Origin: an uncultured bacterium
Lineage (GTDB): Bacteria; Krumholzibacteriota; Krumholzibacteriia; LZORAL124-64-63
DNA length: 64,000 bases
Direction: 5' to 3'
Assembly (NCBI GenBank): GCA_963732385.1
Contig: CAVSZB010000007.1
Coordinates: 96,001 to 160,000, forward strand
The position numbers were made by a program, and so were the translations under genes. Numbering within the stretch: position 1 is the first letter of the stretch; each line of letters starts with the position of its first letter. The notes under the pieces are model-generated. The model was not told the DNA's origin. It ran no database searches and saw nothing but the letters and a program-made list of their open reading frames with translations. Shown here piece by piece: positions 29,211 through 38,671 of this stretch.

Positions 29211-29645
29211 ATGCCAGGGATGGAGCCCGGTGCGCCGAGAGAGTCGATCCGGCGGCACGTCGCGTTCGAGGTCCTCGACGGTGGTGTGGATTTCGAAATT
29301 CGCGAACGTGGCGCGACCGTCTGGATCACTCTCTCGGGCGTGCTCGACGCGGAGCGTCTCGCCCCGCTGATGCGGCGGGTCGTGCCGCTGCTGCACCGTC
29401 GCGGCCGCCGGGTCGTGCTCGACGGTCGCCGCCTCATGCACCTCGACTATCGGTGCGTGGCTCAGCTCCTGGCCTGGAGCGACGGTCTGCGCGCATTCGA
29501 CCACCAGCTCCTGTTGTACGGCTGGAATGCCTATCTGCGCGCCATCCTCCGCGTGGAGGACTGGGGTGGACGACTCAGCCCCGGCCCCGTGAGTCTGCCG
29601 GCAGGTCATGCCAATGTCGCTGGCGGCCCGGAGTCGGCGCGATGA
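29211..29645 (+). CDS. STAS-domain protein
   Basis: ITLSGVLD...RVVLDG..L.HLDYRCV..L pattern of a STAS fold. SD GGAGG; ATGA overlap with the rsmH start. Confidence 0.75.
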   Translation: MPGMEPGAPRESIRRHVAFEVLDGGVDFEIRERGATVWITLSGVLDAERLAPLMRRVVPLLHRRGRRVVLDGRRLMHLDYRCVAQLLAWSDGLRAFDHQLLLYGWNAYLRAILRVEDWGGRLSPGPVSLPAGHANVAGGPESAR

Positions 29646-30601
29646 CCGCTGCCGCGGTGCACGTGCCGGTCCTGCGGGACGCCGTGCTCGATTTCCTGCG
29701 TCCCGCTTCCGGTCGACGGTTCGTGGATGGCACCTACGGTTGTGGCGGGCATGCCGCCGGGTTGCTTGCCGGCGGCGCGGAGGTGCTCGCGCTCGATCTC
29801 GACCGGGCGGCGATCGATCTCTGCCGCGTGCAGGCCGCCGCGCAGCCCCGTCTGCTCTGCTCCCGGACCTCCTTCCGCAATCTCGCCACCGCCATGACGG
29901 ACGTCGGCTGGCCGGAGTGCAACGGCATCCTGCTCGATCTGGGCGTCAGCTCGCCGCAGTTGGACGATCCGGCGCGCGGTTTTACCTACCGCGCGGAGGC
30001 GGAGCTGGACCTGCGCTTCGACCGCGACGCCGGCGAACCGGCGTGGCGACTCCTGGCGCGACTCGCCGAACGCGAAATCGCCGACCTGATCTGGCGCTAT
30101 GGCGAGGAGCGTCGGTCCCGCCGGATCGCCGCCGCCATCGTGGCGGCGGCGGCGCGCGAGCCGGTGCGATCGACCACCGCCCTGCGCACGGCCGTGGAAT
30201 CCGCCGTGCCCGCGGGGCCGGGACGCACCGCGACCATGAGCCGGGTTTTCCAGGCGCTGCGCATCGCCGTCAACGGTGAACTCGAAGCGCTCACGCAGGC
30301 GTTGGAACAGATGCCCGAGGCGCTGGCCGAGGACGGCATCGTTGTCATCATCGCCTATCATTCGCTGGAAGACCGCCTGGTCAAGCAGTGGCTGGTCCGG
30401 GAGAACCGCGATTGCATCTGTCCTCCCGACGCGCCGGCCTGCCGCTGTAGCCACCGCCGCACCATGAAATCGCTGACCGGTCGGCCCCTCGGGCCCGGGC
30501 CGGAAGAGCTCGCCCTGAATCCGCGTGCGCGCAGCGCCCGTCTGCGCGCCGCCCGCCGACTCGCCGAGCCGGCGTCACCTGCAGGGAGTCGCACATGCTG
30601 A
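29642..30601 (+). CDS. rsmH: 16S rRNA m4C1402 methyltransferase RsmH (MraW)
   Basis: HVPVL, DGTYGCGGH, DLGVSSPQLD..RGF, FQALRIAVN.EL, YHSLEDR.VK, NPRARSARLR. Confidence 0.96.
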   Translation: MTAAAVHVPVLRDAVLDFLRPASGRRFVDGTYGCGGHAAGLLAGGAEVLALDLDRAAIDLCRVQAAAQPRLLCSRTSFRNLATAMTDVGWPECNGILLDLGVSSPQLDDPARGFTYRAEAELDLRFDRDAGEPAWRLLARLAEREIADLIWRYGEERRSRRIAAAIVAAAAREPVRSTTALRTAVESAVPAGPGRTATMSRVFQALRIAVNGELEALTQALEQMPEALAEDGIVVIIAYHSLEDRLVKQWLVRENRDCICPPDAPACRCSHRRTMKSLTGRPLGPGPEELALNPRARSARLRAARRLAEPASPAGSRTC

Positions 30602-31053
30602 GGTGGCTGCGCCCCATCGCCGACCGTCGTCCGCGGCCGAACGCGCGTTACTGCGGTCCGCTGGCCCGCCCGCGGCGCCTCGGGGGCCAGACGGCGCTGC
30701 TGACCATCGTGCTGGGCGCGGTGGCGACCGCGGCGCTCACCGAGGTCATTACCGTCAACAACCGGATCGTGGTCGCGCGCACCGAGATCGATCGTCTGCG
30801 CAGCGAGCAGGCCTACCTCGAGGCGTCCATCGGCGGGCTCGAGGGGACGTGGGGACGTCTGGCCGCACGCGACTCGGTCGTGGCGCGGGCCGGGCGCGAG
30901 CTTGGCCTCGTCACCGCCGAGGCGCCCGGGGTGGTGGTCGTCGTCATGGGCGACGTCGCCGGAGTCGGCAATCCCGCCTGGCGACGGGCGCTCGACAAGG
31001 TAGGCGGGGCGGAGGGGGTGGCCGCGGCCGCGGCGCAGGAGCGGCGACCGTGA
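30595..31053 (+). CDS. ftsL: Cell division protein FtsL-like
   Basis: Single TM followed by a coiled coil, lying between rsmH and ftsI. Confidence 0.65.
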   Translation: MLRWLRPIADRRPRPNARYCGPLARPRRLGGQTALLTIVLGAVATAALTEVITVNNRIVVARTEIDRLRSEQAYLEASIGGLEGTWGRLAARDSVVARAGRELGLVTAEAPGVVVVVMGDVAGVGNPAWRRALDKVGGAEGVAAAAAQERRP

Positions 31054-33161
31054 AACGGCGCGCCGGCGGACGGCTGTTCAAACTGCAGATCGCGGTGGTG
31101 GGCGCGGGGCTGGTCCTGCTGGCCCGGCTCGTGGCCCTGCAACTGTTCGGACATGCGGACTACCTGGCGCAGGCGCAGGCGCAGTGGCGCCATCGCGAGG
31201 AGCTGGTTCCCGAGCGCGGCAACATCTACGATCGCAACGGCCGACCGCTGGCCCTCTCCGCGACGACCTGGCGGGTCGGTGTGGCGACCTCGCAGGTGCG
31301 CCGGCCCGAGGCGCTGGCCGGTCGGCTCGCCCGCTGCCTGCCGGTCGATTCCGCACGGGTGGTGGCGAGCATCCGCGGCCCCCGCGGCGGGCACTTCGTA
31401 GTGCACAAGGAGGCGGTGCTGCGCCGCGGCGCGCTCGACTCCCTGCGCCAGACGGAAGGGGTCACGCTGGAGCCGCTCTGTGACCGTCTCTACCCGCTCG
31501 ACGGCGCCGGCGCCTCGCTGATCGGTTTCCATCGCGAGGATACGCGCGGCTCGGTCTCGACCGGTCTGGAGCGCAGCCTCGGCGCCACGCTCTCGGGTGA
31601 GCCGGGCGTCGCCTGGCGCATCGATTCCCCGCGGACCGACCGCCCGCTCGGCTCCATCGTCCTGCAGGAACCGGTCCACGGACATCACCTCGTGCTGACG
31701 CTCGACGCCGATGTCCAGCAGCTCTGCGAGGAGGAACTGGCGCGCGCAGTGCAGGAGTGCGGCGCCCGGGGCGGCGCCGTAGTGGTCGTCGAGCCGCAGT
31801 CGGGCGAGGTCGTGGCGATCGCCGCCTGCCCCCTCATCCGCGAGCGTGAGCACGCGGGGGGCGACCTGGCGGTCTGGAACAACTTCGCCCTGACCGGCAT
31901 CTACGAACCGGGTTCGGTCTTCAAGATCTTCTCGTCCGCGGTGTTGCTGCGCCACGGCGCGATCGACTCCAACACGGTCTACGACTGCTCCAACGACAAC
32001 TTCGGCTCCTTCCGCATCCACAATTCCGAAAGTCACAGCTACGGTCCGCTGAACTTCATGCAGGCGTTCGCGAAGTCGAGCAACATCTGGTTCGCCCGCG
32101 CCGCGGGACGGCTGAGTCCCGAGGACATGTACCGCGGACTCAGGGACTTCGGCTTCGGCACCTGCACGCAGGCGCCCTACCAGGCGGAACCGGCCGGAAT
32201 CCTGCGTCAGCCGGCGCGGTGGTCGGCGCGCAGCCTGTCGACGATCTCGATCGGGCAGGAGGTGGCGGTCACCTCGCTGCAGCTGGCGATGGCCGGCAGC
32301 GCCATCGCCAACGGCGGCCGCCTGCTCGCTCCCCGCCTCGTGCGCGAAGTGCGCGACCACGACCACGCGACCCTGGAGCGGGGGGAGCCGGTGGTCGTGC
32401 GCCGGGTGCTGACGCCAGAGCAGGCGCGTCTGGTGCGGCTGGCGATGCAGCGGGTGGTCGAGTGCGGCACCGGCAGGGCCGCTGCCGTGCCGTGGACGAA
32501 GACCGGCGGCAAGACCGGCACCGCCCAGAAGGCCGAGCCGGGCCGCGGCTACCTGCCCGGCAAATATATGGCGAGCTTCCTCGGCATCGTGCCGGTCGAA
32601 ACGCCGAAGCTGGTCGTGCTGGCGGTGTTGGACGAGCCGGACGCCGCGCATCATTACGCGTCGCAGAGTGCGGCGCCTTTGTTCGCGCGACTCGTGGAGG
32701 GGATCCGTCGGTCGACAGACTGGCTGACGGGGGTTGAGGGGCCGGACCCGGCGCTGACGCTGGCTCCCCGACCCACCCCTTCCGCGAGCGTGCCCGATGT
32801 GCTGTATCTCTCGCTGCCGGCCGCCGCGCTGGAGTTGCGCCGCGCCGGGTTCGTGCTGGGCGGCGGCGAGCGGGGTGGCTGGGTCGTGGAACAGGTGCCT
32901 GACGGCGGCGCCCGCTGCGCGCCCGGGGACACGGTCTGGGTGACGGCCGCTGCGGAGCGCGCCGTGCCCACCGCGCCGGGCCAGGTCTGTCCCGACCTCG
33001 GCGGACTGTCGAACCGTCAGGTCGGACGTCTCGCGGCGCGGCTCGGGCTCCCGGTCGTGGTGCGCGGCGCGGGCTACGTTGTGGAGCAGGAGCCGGCCGC
33101 CGGCGTTTCGCTCGACGGGGTCGGCGCCGTGACGGTCGTGATGGAGTCGCGATGGCGATGA
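31050..33161 (+). CDS. ftsI: Septal transpeptidase FtsI/PBP3 with C-terminal PASTA-like domains
   Basis: RGNIYDRNG, GLE, YEPGSVFK (SxxK), KSSN (SxN), GKTGTAQK; VPDV and CPDL PASTA-like starts. Confidence 0.93.
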   Translation: MKRRAGGRLFKLQIAVVGAGLVLLARLVALQLFGHADYLAQAQAQWRHREELVPERGNIYDRNGRPLALSATTWRVGVATSQVRRPEALAGRLARCLPVDSARVVASIRGPRGGHFVVHKEAVLRRGALDSLRQTEGVTLEPLCDRLYPLDGAGASLIGFHREDTRGSVSTGLERSLGATLSGEPGVAWRIDSPRTDRPLGSIVLQEPVHGHHLVLTLDADVQQLCEEELARAVQECGARGGAVVVVEPQSGEVVAIAACPLIREREHAGGDLAVWNNFALTGIYEPGSVFKIFSSAVLLRHGAIDSNTVYDCSNDNFGSFRIHNSESHSYGPLNFMQAFAKSSNIWFARAAGRLSPEDMYRGLRDFGFGTCTQAPYQAEPAGILRQPARWSARSLSTISIGQEVAVTSLQLAMAGSAIANGGRLLAPRLVREVRDHDHATLERGEPVVVRRVLTPEQARLVRLAMQRVVECGTGRAAAVPWTKTGGKTGTAQKAEPGRGYLPGKYMASFLGIVPVETPKLVVLAVLDEPDAAHHYASQSAAPLFARLVEGIRRSTDWLTGVEGPDPALTLAPRPTPSASVPDVLYLSLPAAALELRRAGFVLGGGERGGWVVEQVPDGGARCAPGDTVWVTAAAERAVPTAPGQVCPDLGGLSNRQVGRLAARLGLPVVVRGAGYVVEQEPAAGVSLDGVGAVTVVMESRWR

Positions 33162-34696
33162 CGCTGGCGCGCCTGTGTGCCTCCTGCCCCGGGCTGCAAC
33201 TGACCGGTGATGCGCAGACGGCGATTTCGACCGTGACCGTGGATTCGCGCCGGGCCGGCCCCGGCGCGCTGTTCGTGGCGGTGAGGGGAGCCAGCGCCGA
33301 CGGTCATGCCTTCGTGGCCGACGCCGTGGCTGGCGGCTGTGCCGCGGTGGCGGTCGACGCGGCGCGCCTGCCGGGCCTGGGGCTCGATACCGCGACGGGT
33401 CGGCCGGCCGCGATCGTGGTCGCGCCCGGCACCGCGCGGCTGCCGGCGCTGCTGGCGCGCGAACTGCACGGCCGCCCGGACGAGCAACTCGTCGTGGCCG
33501 GCATCACCGGCACGAATGGCAAGACCACCGTGTCCTTTTTGCTGCGCGCGCTGCTCGGCGCGCTGCGCGGCCCGTGCGGACTGCTCGGCACGGTTCGCTA
33601 CGAGACCGGTCGGACCACCCGCCCGGCGCCGCTCACCACCCCGGACGGTCCCACACTGTTCGCCCTGCTGGCCGAGATGACCGGCGCCGGCGCGCGCGCC
33701 GCGGCCATGGAACTCTCTTCGCACGCGCTTGACCAGGGACGCGCGGCCGGCCTGGCGCTCGATGTTGCGGTGCTGACGAACCTCGGTCGCGATCACCTGG
33801 ATTATCACGCCGATCTCGCCGCCTATCTGGCCGCCAAGACGCGCATCGTCGAGCTGCTGCGCGACGGCCCGCGGACGAAAGGCCCCGGAGCGCTCGTCTA
33901 CAACGCGGCCGAGTCGGCCTTCGCCGGTCTGATTGCGGTGGGCGCCGGACTGCGTGTCGTGCGCTTCGACGCCGGCGTTGGCGCAACGGACAAGACGGCG
34001 GAGGTGCGGGTCGTGCGGCGCGAACTTTCGGCCTCCGGCACGCGGCTCACCATCCACTGCCTCGGCGAGCGGCTCGAACTGGTCAGCCCGCTGGTCGGCC
34101 GCTTCAACGTGGAGAACCTGGCGGCGGCGCTGGCCGCCGGCGTGGCGCTCGGACTGCCGGCCGCTGCCTGCGCGGAGGCGCTGGCGGGCGCGGAGCAGGT
34201 GCCGGGGCGCCTGGAGCGGATCGCCCTGCCGGTGGGTGCGGTGGCGGTCGTGGATTACGCCCACACCCCCGACGCGCTGGCGGCAGCCGCCGCGGCCGGC
34301 CGCGAGCTGGCCGCGGGGCGACTGTTGCTGGTGTTCGGCTGCGGTGGCGATCGTGATCGGGGCAAGCGCCCGCTGATGGGCGCGGTGGCGGCGCGGGAGG
34401 CGGACGCCGTCTGGATCACCTCCGACAACCCGCGTGGCGAGGAGCCGTCCGTCATCTGCAGAGCCATCCGCGAGGGTTTCGACGGCGTGGCCGAGCCGCG
34501 CGCCGGAGCCTGTGCGGTCGTTATCGATCGCACCGCGGCGATCGACGCGGCGCTCGCCGCGGCGCGCGACGGTGACGTGGTCCTGGTGGCCGGGAAGGGC
34601 CACGAGGACTACCAACTGATCGGCGGACGGCGGCTGGACCTCGACGACCGGCGCCTGGTCCGCGACTGGATCGCGCGGGAGGGACGCGATGGATGA
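33158..34696 (+). CDS. murE: UDP-MurNAc-tripeptide synthetase MurE (meso-DAP type)
   Basis: GITGTNGKTT, MELSSH, DHLDYH, DYAHTPD, FGCGGDRD, DNPR, AGKGHE.YQ. Start 33152 or 33158. Confidence 0.96.
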   Translation: MTLARLCASCPGLQLTGDAQTAISTVTVDSRRAGPGALFVAVRGASADGHAFVADAVAGGCAAVAVDAARLPGLGLDTATGRPAAIVVAPGTARLPALLARELHGRPDEQLVVAGITGTNGKTTVSFLLRALLGALRGPCGLLGTVRYETGRTTRPAPLTTPDGPTLFALLAEMTGAGARAAAMELSSHALDQGRAAGLALDVAVLTNLGRDHLDYHADLAAYLAAKTRIVELLRDGPRTKGPGALVYNAAESAFAGLIAVGAGLRVVRFDAGVGATDKTAEVRVVRRELSASGTRLTIHCLGERLELVSPLVGRFNVENLAAALAAGVALGLPAAACAEALAGAEQVPGRLERIALPVGAVAVVDYAHTPDALAAAAAAGRELAAGRLLLVFGCGGDRDRGKRPLMGAVAAREADAVWITSDNPRGEEPSVICRAIREGFDGVAEPRAGACAVVIDRTAAIDAALAAARDGDVVLVAGKGHEDYQLIGGRRLDLDDRRLVRDWIAREGRDG

Positions 34697-36173
34697 GCGG
34701 GGATACCTGGTGGCCGAGGCGGCCGCCGACCTCGCCGGGGCACGGCTGCTCGCCGGGGCGCTGATCGCCGCCGGGGGCCACTGGCGGCCGTGGTCGGCCG
34801 CCGGCGGGCAGCCGTTGCCGGGCGCCTTCCACGGCGCTTCGCTCGACTCCCGGCGGATCCGTCCGCATGAGCTGTTCGTCGCCCTGCCGGGAGAGCGGGT
34901 AGACGGGCGGCGTTTCGCGGCCGCGGCGCTGGCCGCGGGCGCTGCCTGCGTGCTGGCCGGGGCGACGGGGGCCGCGGCCGGTGGCACGGACGCGGATCCG
35001 CTGACGGCGGCGGCGCCGCCTCGCGATGGCGCGGTCATCCTGCTCGCCACCGACGCGCGCGCGGCTCTGACCACGCTCGCGGCCTGCTGGCGGGCCGCGC
35101 TGCCGGTCGCGGTGGCGGCCATCACCGGCACCAACGGCAAGACGACGACGAAGGACCTGCTGGCCGCCATCCTGGCCGCCGCGGGTCCGACGCACGCCAC
35201 GGCCGGCAATCTGAACAACACGCTCGGCCTGCCGCTGACCCTGCTCGGGCTGACCAGCGCTCACCGTTTCGCGGTGCTCGAGTTGGGCGCCTCGGCTGAG
35301 GGGGACATCGCGCGGCTGGCGCCGACCGCCGCGCCGCGGATCGGCGTGATCACCAATGCCTCGCCGGCCCATCTCGCGGAGTTCGGCTCGCTCGCGGGGA
35401 TCGTGCGGGGCAAGGGCGAACTGCTCGACGCGCTGCCTGCCGACGGCACCGCGGTGCTCAACGCCGACAGCCAGGGGTTCGACGCCTGGGCGGCGCGGGC
35501 GCGCTGCCGCCTCGTGACGCATGGCGAAACCGGCGGCGATCTGCGCTGGCGCTGGCGTCCGGCGCCGGAGCCGGGCCGTGGGTTGCTGGAACTGGAGGGC
35601 CGGGTCTGGGAGGTCCCGCTGCCGGGGCGCCACAATGGTGCGAACCTCGCCGCGGCTTTGCTCGCCGCGCGCGCCCTTGGCGTGGACGATCGCACGGCCG
35701 CTGCCGGGCTGGCCCGCTTCGCGCCGTCGCCGCACCGCGGTCACCTGGAACGGATCGGCGGAGCGCTCGTGCTCGACGACTGCTACAACGCGAATCCGGC
35801 CAGCGTGCTGAGCGCGGCGACCGCGCTGGTATCGCTGCCCGGAGACGGTCGCGCGCTGGCAGTGCTTGGCGTGATGGCCGAGCTGGGTGACGATAGCGCG
35901 ACGCTGCACCGGCAGACCGGTGAGCGTCTGGCGGCGGCGGGACTGCACGGACTGCTCGCCGTCGGCGCGGGGGCCGAAGAGCTGGCGGCGGGGTTTGCGG
36001 CGGCAGCCCCCGGTCAGGGGTTCTGGGTGGCCGCGAAGCCGGAAGCCACGCAGTGGCTGGTGGAGCAGGCGCGGCCGGGCGATCGCGTGCTGGTGAAGGG
36101 CTCGCGTTCGGCCGGCATGGAGGATGTTCTGGCGGCGTGGCGCCGATCAGCCACGGGCCCAACGGGCGTCTGA
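34689..36173 (+). CDS. murF: UDP-MurNAc-pentapeptide synthetase MurF
   Basis: DSR, GTNGKTTTK, GNLNN.LGLP, D.YNANP.S, LG.MAELG, VKGSR. Confidence 0.95.
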   Translation: MDERGYLVAEAAADLAGARLLAGALIAAGGHWRPWSAAGGQPLPGAFHGASLDSRRIRPHELFVALPGERVDGRRFAAAALAAGAACVLAGATGAAAGGTDADPLTAAAPPRDGAVILLATDARAALTTLAACWRAALPVAVAAITGTNGKTTTKDLLAAILAAAGPTHATAGNLNNTLGLPLTLLGLTSAHRFAVLELGASAEGDIARLAPTAAPRIGVITNASPAHLAEFGSLAGIVRGKGELLDALPADGTAVLNADSQGFDAWAARARCRLVTHGETGGDLRWRWRPAPEPGRGLLELEGRVWEVPLPGRHNGANLAAALLAARALGVDDRTAAAGLARFAPSPHRGHLERIGGALVLDDCYNANPASVLSAATALVSLPGDGRALAVLGVMAELGDDSATLHRQTGERLAAAGLHGLLAVGAGAEELAAGFAAAAPGQGFWVAAKPEATQWLVEQARPGDRVLVKGSRSAGMEDVLAAWRRSATGPTGV

Positions 36174-36188
36174 CGGGGGAGTGGCAGC

Positions 36189-37277
36189 ATGTTCTACCAT
36201 CTGCTCTATCCGCTGCACACCGAATGGTCGGCGCTGCGGGTATTCCAGTACATCACGTTCCGCGGCGCCTACGCCACGATCACCGCCCTGCTCATCAGCT
36301 TTATCTTCGGAGGCTGGGTGATTCGCCGGCTGCACACGCTGCAACTCGGCGAGCGCATCCGGGCGGACGGTCCGCCGACGCACCAGGCCAAGGCCGGCAC
36401 CCCCACGATGGGCGGCGTGCTGATCCTGACCGCCATCGTCGTACCGACGCTGCTGTGGGCCGACCTGACCAATCGTTACGTGCTGCTGGCCCTGCTGGCC
36501 ACGGTCTGGATGGGTCTGCTCGGTTTCATCGACGACTATCTGAAGGTCGTCAAGAAGCGCCCGAAGGGGATGATCGGCCGGGTGAAGCTGGCCGGCCAGG
36601 TCGGTTACGGCATCATCCTGAGTATCCTGCTTCTGGCGGGCAACGGAGGCGCCCCGCTGGTCACCAGCACGACGGTGCCGTTCCTCAAGAACGCGCTGCC
36701 CGATCTCGGGCTGTTCTACATCCCGCTGATCATTCTCGTGGTCGCCGGCACGAGCAATGCGGTCAACCTGACCGACGGTCTCGACGGTCTGGCGATCGGT
36801 CTGTGTGCCCTGGCCTTCGGCGCCTTCGCCGGCCTGTCCTACGTCAGCGGCAACCGCATATTTGCCGCATACCTCAACATCCCTTACCTGCCGGGGGCCG
36901 GCGAGCTGACCATCTACTGTCTGGCCGTCGTCGGAGCGGCGCTCGGCTTCCTCTGGTTCAACGCCCACCCGGCGCGGGTGTTCATGGGTGACACGGGGAG
37001 CCTCGCGCTGGGCGGCGCGCTCGGCACCGTGGCGATCCTGATCAAACGCGAACTGCTGCTGCCGCTGATCGGTGGCATCTTCGTACTCGAAGCGCTTTCG
37101 GTGATGGCGCAGGTGGCGTCGTTCCGCTGGCGCGGCGGACGAAGGATATTTCGCATGGCGCCCATCCACCACCACTTCGAACTGCTCGGCTGGTCGGAGA
37201 CGCAGGTCGTGGTGCGCTTCTGGATCGTGGGCATTCTGCTGCTGTTGCTTAGCTTCAGCACGATCAAGCTGCAGTAG
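36189..37277 (+). CDS. mraY: Phospho-MurNAc-pentapeptide transferase MraY
   Basis: K.GTPTMGG, DDY.K, NAVNLTDGLDGLA, VFMGDTGSL, MAPIHHHFE. Confidence 0.97.
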   Translation: MFYHLLYPLHTEWSALRVFQYITFRGAYATITALLISFIFGGWVIRRLHTLQLGERIRADGPPTHQAKAGTPTMGGVLILTAIVVPTLLWADLTNRYVLLALLATVWMGLLGFIDDYLKVVKKRPKGMIGRVKLAGQVGYGIILSILLLAGNGGAPLVTSTTVPFLKNALPDLGLFYIPLIILVVAGTSNAVNLTDGLDGLAIGLCALAFGAFAGLSYVSGNRIFAAYLNIPYLPGAGELTIYCLAVVGAALGFLWFNAHPARVFMGDTGSLALGGALGTVAILIKRELLLPLIGGIFVLEALSVMAQVASFRWRGGRRIFRMAPIHHHFELLGWSETQVVVRFWIVGILLLLLSFSTIKLQ

Positions 37278-37285
37278 GGGGTGTG

Positions 37286-38671
37286 ATGGCGCGGCCGGAT
37301 GTGCGGGGCGGAATCTACCTGGTGCTCGGACTGGCGCGTAGCGGTTGTGCGGCCGGGGCGCTGCTGCGTCGGCACGGCGCGGTGGTCATCGGCTACGATG
37401 ATGCGCCCGAGCGAGAGCTGCGCGCGGGCTGGGTCGCGCGGGATCTCGCCACGCTGGCCGAGGCGGCCTTCGATGAGGTGCGGGCCGGCGGCGCCTGGGG
37501 CGATCTCGACACGCGACGTCTCGCCGGTGTCGTGCTCAGTCCCGGGTTTCCGCCCGACCACCCGCGGCTGGCCGGCCTGCGGGAACGCGTCGAGGTCCGG
37601 GGCGAACTGGAGTGGGCCGCGCGATTCTGCGGGGCGCGCCTGATCGGAATCACCGGCACGAACGGCAAGACGACCACGACCGAGTTGACCGCCCACCTGG
37701 CCCGCGCCGCCGGCTGGCGCGCGGAGGCGCTCGGCAACGTCGGTCGGCCGTTCAGCCTCGTCGCCGACTCGCTCGGCGTGGATGACGTGGCGGTGTTGGA
37801 GCTGAGCAGCTTCCAGCTCGAGACGATCGAGACCTTCCGGCCGGCGGTGGCGGTGGTGCTCAACCTCGAGCCGGACCATCTGGACCGCTATCCGGACGTG
37901 ACGACCTACTACCGGACGAAACGGCGTCTGGTGGAGGCGCTGCCCCCCGACGGCTGGTTCGTCACCTGGACCGGCTGTCGCGAGGCGCTTGGCTGGCGCC
38001 CGGATGGCCCGTCGCTGCGGTTCGGCGCGCGGATGGACGGGGCGCAGGTCTGGGCCGACGCGGCGGAACTCGGCCTGGACTGGAACGGAGCCGTGCATCG
38101 ACTATGCGAACCGTCCGCGCTGCGGCTGCGCGGGGCGCCCAACCTGCTCAACGCCTGCGCCGCGGTGGCCGCCCTGCTGCCGCTTGGCGCCGATCCGGCG
38201 GCGCTGGCGGCCGGGCTGCCCGGATTTTCCGGCCTGCCGCATCGGCAGCGGACCGTGGCCAGGCTCGGCGATGTGGATTTCGTGGACGATTCCAAGGCGA
38301 CCAACGTCGCCGCCGTGACCGCCGGTCTGGCGGGATACGGCTCAGCGGTCGTGCTCATCGTGGGGGGACGCGGCAAGGGCGAAGACTACGCGCCGCTGAG
38401 GGCCGCCCTCGGGCCGGTCCGGGCCGTGGTGTCCATCGGCGAAGAGGGCCCGGCGATCGCGGCCACGCTGGCCGGCCTGGTGCCGGTCCTGCCGGCCGCC
38501 ACCCTCGATGAGGCGGTGGCAACCGCCGCCCGCCTGGCCGCGCCGCGGGGAACCGTGCTGCTGAGTCCCGCCTGCGCGAGCTACGACATGTTCCGGGACT
38601 ATGTCGATCGCGGCGAACGTTTCACCGCGGCCGCCCACGCGTTGGGCGCCGTTGCCGGGGAGGAAACATGA
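37286..38671 (+). CDS. murD: UDP-MurNAc-L-Ala:D-Glu ligase MurD
   Basis: GLARSG, GITGTNGKTTTT, ELSSFQL, DHLDRY, DDSKATN, LLSPACASYD.F. Confidence 0.96.
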   Translation: MARPDVRGGIYLVLGLARSGCAAGALLRRHGAVVIGYDDAPERELRAGWVARDLATLAEAAFDEVRAGGAWGDLDTRRLAGVVLSPGFPPDHPRLAGLRERVEVRGELEWAARFCGARLIGITGTNGKTTTTELTAHLARAAGWRAEALGNVGRPFSLVADSLGVDDVAVLELSSFQLETIETFRPAVAVVLNLEPDHLDRYPDVTTYYRTKRRLVEALPPDGWFVTWTGCREALGWRPDGPSLRFGARMDGAQVWADAAELGLDWNGAVHRLCEPSALRLRGAPNLLNACAAVAALLPLGADPAALAAGLPGFSGLPHRQRTVARLGDVDFVDDSKATNVAAVTAGLAGYGSAVVLIVGGRGKGEDYAPLRAALGPVRAVVSIGEEGPAIAATLAGLVPVLPAATLDEAVATAARLAAPRGTVLLSPACASYDMFRDYVDRGERFTAAAHALGAVAGEET

